Positions 24,901-34,637 are shown, counted from the stretch's first letter. The stretch is DNA of 61,148 nucleotides from Chara braunii (GCA_003427395.1 BFEA01000040.1:2617406-2678553), one strand, 5' to 3'. Translations and numbers: made by a program. Notes: generated from the sequence alone by a model not told the origin.

Positions 24901-26222
24901 CAAATCATTTTTGAGAACCCACGTATCCTAGATGCTAATGGAAGGATGCTGATGGCCAACCTTGAGTAAGGGAGCTACGGCAGAGCTTGGGTGGAGCATG
25001 GGGTGGTTAGACTGAGAGATATGTGGAATGAGGTGACGGGAAGGTGGAAGACTAGCGAGGAGATGGAGAAAAAATTGAAGCCCTGCAAGTATATGAGACA
25101 GAGGAGGGACCAGATCCTGGATGCAACCCCAGAGGACTGGTTAAACATTTTGTCTCCAGCGAAGCCCGATCCGCCGGGCACATGGTATGAAATGGTGCAA
25201 CAGGAGGCCCACAACGCAGGATCTCGCAACTTCTTGAAGGTGGTAGAGCAGGGGGCCGAAGGTATCAACAGTGGAAACTGGCGGGGACGGAAGGGGGATT
25301 GAGGATAAACGAAGAGGAAGAATCGACTTCAATCCCCAGAGGAACACTAGTTGAAATCAGAGTTAGAGATGCGGTAAGTGAGGAGGGAGTCTGGAGGGCA
25401 AAGTTGTGGAACTCAGGAGAACCAATTGCGAGGTTAAAGGTGGATCCAAACCAATGGGCTTGGAGGAGCAGAGGGCGGCGGGGTGAACATGTCCGTCTGG
25501 ATGAGTACACGTTAAGCTTGGGTTGTGAAGTGCAGGCTCCAACAACCGCCCCACTGACTACAACCTTGGGGAGGTGGAGCAGGGTATATCCAGAGGAGTC
25601 CGAGAAAGTTGGCGAGGCTCTACGAAACTGCTGGGCTCAGTTAACGGACGCTCCGAATCCCAGAGCAGCATCGATTTTTTGGCTAGCCTCCGTGCTTGCC
25701 ACACCTTTGGCGGTATGGCTGATGAGCAGGGGGATGAAGGTGGACAGCCAATATAAGAGGTGCCTTTGGATCTTTGAGTCAACAGTTCATGTATGGTGGG
25801 ACTGCCCAACATCGAGAAGAATCTGGGAGTGGTGGGCCAAACAGTGGGAAGGTTGGACGGAGGGAGCACTCAGGTGGAATAAAGAGTGGGTGTTGCTAGG
25901 AGGGATCCTTGGAAAGCTGCAGTTAAGCAGAGGCTGGGGTTACGTGGCCCAAGCACTCCGGGCCGTGGGCTTTTGGATCATCTGGACGAAAAGATACAGA
26001 ACGATATTTGAAGGAAAGATCATGCCTGACCCAGAGATCTAGGCTACCTTTAAGGTGATGATCCGGAGAGTAATTGCAGCGGATTGGAGAAGGAAAGTGC
26101 CTCGCGGCAGAGGGAGGGTGGCAGGGATCACATGGTTTTAGGATACTTGGGCGCAAGGGGGAAAGCTGGTCACTATTAAGAATGGGGAAAACTTGCTTTT
26201 TTCGGATTGGCTGTTAAGCTAA
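21981..26222 (+). pseudogene. LINE #1 ORF2: APE endonuclease + reverse transcriptase + C-terminal Cys/His motif, disrupted
   Basis: TWNLQG, FQETK, VYAP, GDWN, SDHKPV (APE); WRPISLLNVSYKI, DMEKVYDRV, LRQRCPLAP, LADDL (RT); GGLG; degenerate CCHC (YKRC..ESTVHVWWDC). Many stops and frameshifts near 23410 and 25290. Confidence 0.93.
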
Positions 26223-26558
26223 GGCAGTGAGAAGACTAGGGAACTAATAATGTAAGACGGAAAAATAAGGAAAAATAAAGAAAAATAATATTTTCGTCTT
26301 TCCTCCTTGCTTTTTACCTTAGGGGTCATAACAGGAGGGGGAGGGTAGGGTTCAACCAGGGAACTCAATTTAATTTCCGCAGGTAGGAAGGTTGAGGGAT
26401 AGGGGGTGGAAGAGAGTGTCCAGCTTTCGTAGGAACCACATTAGGTTCCAGCCGCCGTATAGGCGGCCTGAGTGTACCTAGGTAGAAAGGATAGGTCTAT
26501 AGATATAGGGTAACAGCATTCATTCCACATAGTTTAGTAGAGAGGTTAGTATGGATTT

Positions 26559-29500
26559 TCCCTACAACATCACTATTTGTAGATGACCTGACAGTCCTGT
26601 TTCGGGCTAACGCCAGGAGCTTTCAAGCACTAGCAAACACCATCCAACTGTTTGAAATCGCTGCAGACATGAAGGTCAACTGGGGGACGAAAACGGAAGG
26701 TTGGTGGCTGAACCACCCACAGGATGACCCTCCGGCCGTCCCCCCTGTCACATGGCGAAGCAAGGAGGCGGCAATCAGGGTATTGGGAGTGAATTTGACG
26801 GCGCTGGCCCCCCCCCCGGACCATGGGGATGTGCTGGTGGACCTGGAGACTCAACGAATGACCTGCTGGGAGCCAACCTCGCTGGTAGGGAGGGCGCTGG
26901 CAATAAACAATGCAATATTTGCATCGATCTGGTACAAAGTCGCCTTTTGGCGTCTGAATAAAAAGCAATTAACCAGACTAAATCAGGCGGCAGCTGCCTA
27001 CCTATGGAAAAATGATCACTCACACACCCGCTGCCTGAAACGCTTATCATGGGATGTCCTTACTCAACCCAGATCAAAAGGGGGGTTGGGAATCATAGAC
27101 CCGACCTGAGAGATAAACGCTCTACTGTTTAAACTAATTATTAGAGTGCTACTAGCCGATGACATACCATGGGCTCCGTATGCACACATTCAGATAGCGA
27201 ACCTGGCTCCCCCCTCTCCTCAAGACCACCCGGTGCATCCCCTGCAATGGCTGACCAACTCGGCAAGGACCATCCCCGCCTGCCCACGGGTGGACTCGGA
27301 CGCAAGTGCGGGAGGCCAGGCTAGGTGGGACCTGCGCACCGACCCGTTGTGGCCTACAATCATACGCTTATGGAGAGACCATGGTCCGAAGAGAAAACTA
27401 GTCCTGCTGAAATGGCACAAAATTTTACGGCAAGCGCTGTTTGGACACTCCCAACTCCTAGATCAGGAGGGAGCACCGTTTACCCTTCGGCGCAGGTCCA
27501 AATGGTTGAGATGGGTAAAACACGGACTCTTTACAATCCGGGACCTGTGGGATAGCAATGTGGCTGCCTGGCAAACTGAAGACAAAATAAGAGAAAAGTT
27601 GGGGAGGGCTCCCAACTTGGCCCAAGACTTGCAAGAAATCCAGGAGGCCGTCCCTCTGGCCTGGATCAAGGTGCTACGAGATGGTCCCACCATCGTTCAA
27701 AATGACTGGGTAGTGCACCTTCAATCTCTTCATCTCCCCATGACCGTCTTCAAAGTGGAGCAGGTACACCGGGACCACCTGCAGTTGGCCGCCTACAGCC
27801 CACAACTACCGGGGGCGAGATGGTCAAAAATACACAGAGATGAGGACTTGGACTGCCAAACCCCAATGACATCTGTGCTAAGGGTGAGAGTGGTGGAAGA
27901 CAAGGACGATACGTTGTTTTTATACGAACCAACCACCCCCCTCTCCCACCTCCCATTCGATCCAGCACAATGGGAATGGCAATGGGGGAGATCATCTAAA
28001 ATGAGCCCGTGGCAATACACAGTCAAAAACGGATATCGAATGTCAAACGTACAGGTCCCAATTATGGATGACATTCTGCGAAGGTGGGATAGGGACTCCC
28101 CACTGAAAAAAACGGATTTTAATTTTTTTAAATGGACGTCCTACTCCCACATCCGACCAACTAACCACAGAGCCCTACAATGGTAAATTATACACAGATG
28201 CCTGCCCACCCCCGACTGGGTGACTGCGAGGACAGATCTAGAGCAAAAAGGGATACTCTATCCCTTGTGCACTTACTGCGACCGCATTCTCCCGAGGAAA
28301 CTGGCGAACCTGGAGCACTGTCTAATGGAATGCCCTATGGTAACACGCCTCTGGCGCTGGTGGGACACAGCATGGCACTACCTAACAGGGCACCACCTCC
28401 CATGGGACGTGAAAACCATCCTCTTCGGGGCCCTCCAGCCAACCGAAACAGAATGGTCGAGCTTTATGACCAACCTTTTTCGATATTTGCGTCTCACACT
28501 GCTTATGGCAGCTTGACGAATGAGGTGCTCTCATGAAAGAAAACAACAATCCTTTGAATTCCAGCAGGCAAGAGCCATGATTGCTGACACAATCACAGCT
28601 GAGACACAAGCTGCCTGGAAGAGCCTCAGGGCTAGACTTGACCAAGAATCGGAAGGAGCCAAGAAAACGCAGATCATCGAAACCTTCCAGACCACTTGGA
28701 TCGATCGGAATCACAAGCTCTGCACGTTGGATCAACAAAATAACCTCCAATGGCAACCCTGGCTCTCCACGGAGAGACAGTGGGAGTTCTTGCCAACTGA
28801 ACACTTTCTTATTAATTTCCAACCACCAGACTTTGTGCTGTACCCTGTAGACCCGCCTAACATCCCAGCCATCCCCCACTGACAGTGTCCTCCTCTCCCG
28901 CTCACAACCGACCCTCCCCCAGCCCCTCCCCCTCCCCCAGCATTATCCCTTCAGCCGGCCAGGTGAATCACCAATATTTCAAGACTACAGACAAGAGAGC
29001 TGCGGGACAAAAGAGCTGAGAGGAAGCTAGTAGTCTGCTACGAGTGACACAGGGGCAAGGAGTTCAAGACAACAGGGGGGATATAGGGTTTTGGGGTTTA
29101 GGGGATAGGCGACCTGGGCAAATGGCCTGTAGACAGAGAACACAAGACTAGAGAGAAGGGATAATAGGTAGGGTGACAGAGATAAGACATCGGGACCAAA
29201 GAGCGCAATGTGATGTAATGGAATATAATGGAATATAATATAATATAATATAATATAATGTGATGGGGAACGGGATTTTAGGGAGGGTGGGCACAATAGG
29301 GACGGCGGTAGCCGCCCCGCACTACCTCATCACGGAACCATTACTGAACCAATAGACACAAACGACCAGTAAAACAGTTAGACACAGCAGATAAAGAAGG
29401 CATACCTACATAGGGTGCAACATGATCTCAACTGCAGTCTAGGCCTCTGGCCCACACAAGCACTATTGGACAGTTGCAGGGTTTTGCAATGACATCACAT

Positions 29501-29883
29501 GTTCGTGATATGAGGCCGCTGGCATTGATGGCCTGCTCACATATACTATAACAGAAGGGAGGGTTTAGCCACCCGACCTGACCACATAGAACAATACAAC
29601 GTCATCTAAAATGCATCAAACAGGATAGAGATCTCCCAGCACTTAAACATAGACGGACTGTAAGGCTCACAGAGGTAATTAGACATGTCATTAGACATAT
29701 CAACACATCGCAGCAAAGGGCAGTGGGTCTCTATCTCCACAAACTACATTCAATTCATTGAATAGGGACGCTGGACCCGTTTTCCAGCAGGTGCCGCTCC
29801 CCACCAATAGATGGAGCCTCCCCGACGGCGCTAGTGGTGTCTGCTCGTATCAGCACCCCTAGCGGCAGTTCGGGTTGCTTTCT

Positions 29884-29915
<32 letters not shown>
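26559..29915 (+). mobile_element. 5'-truncated L1/Tx1-type LINE #2 nested in the LINE #1 3' UTR, TSD GTATGGATTT
   Basis: One frame 26561-28882 with three stops: FVDDL RT motif, SLVGRALAINN, KGGLGIIDP, CTYC..LEHCLMEC. About 1 kb 3' UTR, structured tail, poly(A) 29885-29915. GTATGGATTT at 26549-26558 and 29919-29928. Confidence 0.9.
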
Positions 29916-29918
<3 letters not shown>

Positions 29919-30122
29919 GTATGGATTTGGTGCAGAGTGTAAGTAGACGTATCGATTGATTGATCTGGGTCATCGGCCTTTGGGCCTCCTGTGTTGTTGG
30001 GGCTGGTGCCCCCACATGTATCGTAGGGGCTGGTTCCCCACCTGTGGCTCTGGGAAATTCCCAGACAGACTGTGTCGATCCGGGTTGTTTGTGAGGAATA
30101 AATGGAATTTCTCGCTTTTTCC

Positions 30123-30154
<32 letters not shown>

Positions 30155-30157
<3 letters not shown>

Positions 30158-30300
30158 CACGGACCAGACCCGCGGTGAGTGCTGGCAGGGGCAGCCAATG
30201 GTTGTCCTGACAGGATAGGCCACCTACCCTACCTATCCCCCCTTTAATACTCCCATCGCAACCCCTGGCCCTACTATCCGACCTCCGTGTGCCCACTTCC
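30155..30300. repeat. Dispersed repeat of about 140 bp (second copy at 42102-42240)
   Basis: ggccacggaccagacccgcggtga.tgctggcag.ggcagccaa.ggttgtcct.acaggataggcc is shared. Confidence 0.8.
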
Positions 30301-30766
30301 GCCGCCCTTGGCAGCACCGTGGGCGCAAAGTTAACCTTCAGGCTGTCGCTGTCGCTGTCGCTGTCGCTGTCACTAGCTTGTAAGCGACCGCCATAGCCAT
30401 CTTTCTTATCTTACTTGCCATTTGTTTGTTTCGTGCGATCCCCATAGCCATCGTCGTGTTTCTTCCTCGTTTCTCGTCGTCGTTAATGCGGCGGACATAG
30501 CCGCCATAGCCGAATCTTCTGTCCATCGTCCTCAACTTCCCTCGCGGACTGTATTATCGTCGGCCGGCCGTGCTGTCGAGATCCCTCTTCACCGGCGGTG
30601 TTGCGGTGAGGAGCGAGGTGTGTTGCTCGTCGGCTGTCGTTTTTGTGTTTGTTTCGCTTTATCCCTCCTCTTATTGCTTCTCGATTTACGCGTTTGGTTG
30701 CCATGGTGGAACCTATGACGCCGTCTTGAAGGCTGCTGAAGGCGCTAGATGACCGGTAGCCGATAG

Positions 30767-30818
<52 letters not shown>

Positions 30819-30889
30819 GAAACCCCATTCTCTCACACACACACACACATACACACACGCACACACGCACACACGCACTCCCACGCACC

Positions 30890-30950
<61 letters not shown>

Positions 30951-30954
30951 NNNN

Positions 30955-31030
<76 letters not shown>

Positions 31031-31383
31031 TATGTTCTTAAGTTCCTATTTATAATGTATTGTTTTCGTTTAAGAAATGTGCATGAACGTCATCTTTTGT
31101 TCCTCCTCGTCTTCATCTCTTGGATACAAGCTAACGATGTGACCTCAGTTTCCGCCATCTATGGTGGAGGTGTTTCTTACCCTCCCTCTCATGTGCCACG
31201 TGTCTCTCTCACCCTCCCATTTTGCCACGTGCACAGACTGTATTCTCGACGTGTACTCAATCAAAACAGGCCAGGCTGTTCGAGTTTTACTTCGAGCCTG
31301 ATTTGAGTCCATGTTGTGTGCACACTATATGTCCATTTGAGTCTGAGTGAGTACTTTGACTGATCTTTGCTGTGTTTGTTTTA

Positions 31384-31428
31384 TGCGGGGGTAGCCCGCA
31401 CCGCCCCGCACCGCGGGCGCTAAGCTAG
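31384..31428 (+). mobile_element. Helitron-like 3' terminus
   Basis: GC hairpins tgcggg-ggtag-cccgca and cccgc-acc-gcggg, then 7 nt and CTAG followed by T. No clear 5' A|TC end identified. Confidence 0.5.
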
Positions 31429-31588
31429 TATATATATATATATCTTCTCCCTCTCTGCCTACGGTTTACCGGGCAGTTCTATTTGACGATATATATATCG
31501 TCAATATATATATCGTCACAAACAGAACTGCCCGGTAAACCTTAGGCAGAGAGAGAGAAGAGGACAACAAACGAGGGGCTGTGACAAA

Positions 31589-31633
31589 CTGTTTCGTCGG
31601 AGTTTCACGGACTCATCAGGAGGCTGAACCCTC
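31589..31633 (-). ncRNA. Hammerhead 3' cleavage-product sequence (starts at the cleavage site)
   Basis: GAGG-guucag-CCUC-CUGAUGA-GUCCG-ugaaacu-CCGAC-GAAACAG. Stem I and loop 1 are identical to 8598-8653; the upstream NUH/stem III strand is absent and replaced by (AT)n. Confidence 0.8.
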
Positions 31634-31640
31634 ATATATA

Positions 31641-31670
31641 TGATGAGTCGGTGAAACTCCGACGAAACAG
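31641..31670 (+). ncRNA. 5'-truncated hammerhead half (core, stem II, GAAAC)
   Basis: UGAUGA-GUCGG-ugaaacu-CCGAC-GAAACAG; lacks stem I and the first core C. Confidence 0.7.
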
Positions 31671-32360
31671 TTTGTCACAGCCCCTCGTTTGTTGTCCTCT
31701 TCTCTCTCTCTGCCTACGGTTTTCTTATCTAATTCAAAAGTATATTGTCTTTTTTCTAATAGAGAAATACTTTTTTCTGCTCGACGTGCCCAGGCAAATG
31801 GTTTGGTTAATATATGCTATATCTGTTTGTGACGATATATATATCGTCACATAGATATCAGAGCGCAAAAACGAAAAAAACAAACAAAGGAAACAAAAAA
31901 ATATCAATTCATTTTTCATCTTCTTCCTTACAACTCCCCCTGTTCAGAACCTCTTTTGCGTACAAGGCCGCTCACCGCGGCCCACGTGGATGTAGGTTGA
32001 GCGGCGGCTGCCCCCACCCCCGTGTGTCATATCGACCCACTTGCACACAGCCAAAAGGCAAAGAGGCAAAGAAAAGAGGAAGGAAACAGCCCAAACAAAA
32101 CAGAACAGGGGGCTGCAAAGCAAATCCTAAATGACAATCCTAGATGACAAGTCCATATATATATATGACGATATATATATATTGACTAGATGTATCGTCA
32201 CAAAAATGTCAGAGCGCAAAAGCGAAAACTCACCCTGTTCAAACCCTCTTGCGTACAAGGCCGCCCACGTGGATGTATTATAGTAATATTACATTGATTT
32301 GTTGATCTGACTGATGCAGTAGTAATATTTTGTTCTTCTGTCTGTGTACGTGGTACTTAT

Positions 32361-33701
32361 ATGAAGAGGAACGAAATGAAGGGCCCGAAGGTCGTCTGCG
32401 ATCCGCGGCACGGTCCCGGTCCCAATGGTGATGACGATGGCAGACGGCAGTCGACCGTCCCGATCGCGACGGAGGGATTGCCGTCTGTTGCTCTCCCTGT
32501 GCTGTCTGGTGAAGAGGTAATCAACGAGATACGCCGACGTGGCAGGCATTCCAATTGGTCCAAATTTCGCGCCATGTACTCGAGCGTGATTGGCGGCGTG
32601 ACGACGGATCCCTCTGCTATGCTGATTTCTCTCGACGACCACATGGTTCATCGAGGGCACGCAGTTTTCGACACAGCGATGGTGGTCGGCGGCTACGCCC
32701 ACGGGCTGGAAGCGCATCTGGACCGTCTGTTCAGATCGATGGCGATGGCGAGGCTCTCTCCTCCTTTCCCGCGCGAAATTCTTCGCGACGTCATCCTTAA
32801 AACCGCCGGGATCTCTCAGTGTCGCGACGGTCAGATCAGGTATTGGGTATCGGCCGGCCCAGGTGGATTCGGGCTGTTGCCATCGGAATGCCCGAGGTCG
32901 GCATTTTACGTTGTCGTCTTCGACCAGCCTCTCTTTTCGGTTGACGTCAGCGGCGGCAGCGGCGGGAGGATGTCGGCGGCAGCTGGGAAGCAGCAGCAGC
33001 TGATCGCGCGAAGAGCGAAGGCAATCACGACGAGTGTACCCATCAAACCCCCTCCTTTCTGCTTGATGAAGACCAATAATTACATTCAGAACGTGATGGC
33101 CGGGATGGAGGCGGCGGCGCAGGGCGCTGACGTGGCAGTCTGGACAGATCAGGAGGGGTACCTGGCGGAGGGTCCGACCGTTTCGATTCTGATCGTGAGT
33201 GCGGATGGGTACTTAACGTCTCCGACCTCAGACACAGCTCTCAGGGGATGCACGGCTGAGCGGGTGATGGAACTGACACGTCATCGACTGGTAATGCAGG
33301 GACACGTGGCATCGTCAGCCTCCTCCGTGATTGGTGGACACGTGGCAGCAGCAGCAGCTGCAGCGGGGGGAGCAGATAGATTAGCACTCTTGTCGAATCC
33401 ACTTCCCCTGAAGGGGGTAAGAGTGCAGAGGATCCCCGTGGAGGAGGCAAGGCGCGCCAAGGAGATGTTCATAGTCGGTAGCACGAGCCTAGTGCTACCA
33501 ATCGTAGAGTGGGATGGACAACCGGTCGGCGACGGCAGGCCGGGACCGGTCGCGGCAGCACTGTACGAAATGCTGGAGGATGACATGCGCCACGGCGAAA
33601 CCAATGGCAAAAGGACACGTGTCGCCATTCCCTACCCGCCGCCATCAACTGCCACGTGTCCGACACGTGAAGGTTCCACGTCGACGACGTCACGACTCTG
33701 A
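32361..33701 (+). CDS. DAAT: Class IV PLP-dependent aminotransferase, D-amino-acid transaminase / 4-amino-4-deoxychorismate lyase-like (446 aa, single exon)
   Basis: AMYSS..GVTTDP.AM....DDHMVHRGH.VFDT, HLDRL.RS, RYW.SAGPG, PLP lysine in MKTNNY, AEGP, LRGCT, WDG..VGDG.PGP are collinear with plant DAAT/ADCL. The start codon is uncertain. Confidence 0.92.
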   Translation: MKRNEMKGPKVVCDPRHGPGPNGDDDGRRQSTVPIATEGLPSVALPVLSGEEVINEIRRRGRHSNWSKFRAMYSSVIGGVTTDPSAMLISLDDHMVHRGHAVFDTAMVVGGYAHGLEAHLDRLFRSMAMARLSPPFPREILRDVILKTAGISQCRDGQIRYWVSAGPGGFGLLPSECPRSAFYVVVFDQPLFSVDVSGGSGGRMSAAAGKQQQLIARRAKAITTSVPIKPPPFCLMKTNNYIQNVMAGMEAAAQGADVAVWTDQEGYLAEGPTVSILIVSADGYLTSPTSDTALRGCTAERVMELTRHRLVMQGHVASSASSVIGGHVAAAAAAAGGADRLALLSNPLPLKGVRVQRIPVEEARRAKEMFIVGSTSLVLPIVEWDGQPVGDGRPGPVAAALYEMLEDDMRHGETNGKRTRVAIPYPPPSTATCPTREGSTSTTSRL

Positions 33702-34084
33702 TGAGGTTTTTTTTTTTGTTTTTTTTTTTTCGGGAAGAGATGGGAACGGAACAGTGAGGGGAGGGGGTCCGTTCGACTCGATTACANNNNNNNNNNNNNN
33801 NNNNNNNNNNNNNNNNNNNNNNNNNNNNNNNNNNNNNNNNNNNNNNNNNNNNNNNNNNCGCGGTTCCTCCCTCACCCCCCATCGACTGTCACTGCCACGT
33901 GTCACCGCCACGTGTCACCGCCACATGTCACCGCCGCGTGTCAGACACGTGGCAGTCGGAGGTGGACTGGGTCGCGACTCTGATGATGCGTTTTAGAGAT
34001 GGACGGAGAAGGAACAGTCAAGGTTCGTCTGACCCGATTACCACCCCTCCACCCGCCGCCCCCGGTTCCCCTCTCGCTCCCCGC

Positions 34085-34197
34085 CTACCCGTCTTCACCC
34101 GAATACAACGCACGGTCATCATTGCTGTATCTGGACTCGATGTTGGCCTGAATACAGCTATAAGGACCGTGCTTTGTGTTTGGGTGAAGAAGGTTAG
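34085..34197. mobile_element. Hairpin MITE (related copy at 48176-48301)
   Basis: tcttc.cccgaatacaacg.ac.gtcat...gctgtat / atacagctat...tgt.tt.ggg.gaagaag inverted arms in both copies. Confidence 0.75.
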
Positions 34198-34365
34198 CCC
34201 CTCTATCCGCTCATCCTCCTGCGGGTAGTAGGGATCCCAGCTCACCTGGCTTGTTAGGATCTGGACAATGCTCATACGTACTATGTCCTAAAAATAGAAC
34301 ACAGGATATTATGCCTTAGCAGAAGGATAAAAGGATATTTCTGCATTTTCTAAAAATGGAACCGA

Positions 34366-34604
34366 ATACCGTTCTCGGCCTTTGGGTCGGATCAAGTGTA
34401 AGTATCTGTTCTGATCAGATATTAAACTGAAGGGATCAGTTTAATATCTGATCCGTGGTCCATCGGACCCGACGATATTAAATGAATTGTTCTGGGCAAC
34501 GGAGGGGTCGTACGGGTAAGCTTGCTTGCTTGATCCCTTCAGCGGTTGCTTGCTTGATCCCTTCAGCGTTGCCTCTGTATTGCACTGCAGCAGAGTGCGG
34601 CGCG

Positions 34605-34637
<33 letters not shown>
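34366..34637 (+). pseudogene. U2: Polyadenylated, rearranged U2 snRNA retrocopy
   Basis: ATACC.TTCTCGGCCTTT.G...GATCAAGTGTA(A)GTATCTGTTCT..ATCAGTTTAATATCTGAT, stem IIb, stems III/IV with ATTGCAC loop, then A29. Extra A in the branch-pairing GTAGTA, degenerate Sm site, internal insertion and duplication. Confidence 0.9.

Larger units (their letters stand above)
21368..30154 (+). mobile_element. Decayed L1/Tx1-type LINE #1, split by nested LINE #2
   Basis: ORF1 remnant plus EN-RT ORF2. The 3' UTR runs to 26558, resumes at 29929 and ends in poly(A) at 30124-30154. The 5' boundary is uncertain. Confidence 0.8.
31443..32277. mobile_element. Cluster of about 7 short inserts sharing the 3' end (TG)TGACG-(AT)n; two carry hammerhead parts
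   Basis: Units 31443-31488(+), 31499-31503(-), 31514-31633(-), 31641-31834(+), 31845-32154(-), 32166-32170(+), 32196-32277(-), mostly separated by (AT)n. Confidence 0.75.

Noticed and set aside
29765-29820. Structured module as a pistol or HDV-like ribozyme
   Set aside because: The hairpin plus AAUAG plus pseudoknot resembles pistol superficially, but there is no room for P2 and no GCG/P3/GU site; the HDV nested double-pseudoknot order is not met.
31845-31866. CGTCACA followed by tagatatcagagc as LTR end plus tRNA-iMet PBS (LTR retrozyme/TRIM reading), with gaggggc-TGTGAC at about 31573 as PPT/LTR start
   Set aside because: There is no TGG, the motif is missing in sibling units, no LTR pair or TSD is seen, and the hammerhead would be antisense. 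The common-3'-end model fits better, though this reading is not fully excluded.
34395-34405. Extra A in the U2 branch-pairing region as the footprint of a U2-targeting LINE (Keno/Utopia)
   Set aside because: A single-base indel with no element sequence attached is uninformative.
34366-34608. Functional U2 gene
   Set aside because: Disrupted GTAGTA, degenerate Sm site, internal insertion and duplication, poly(A) tail.
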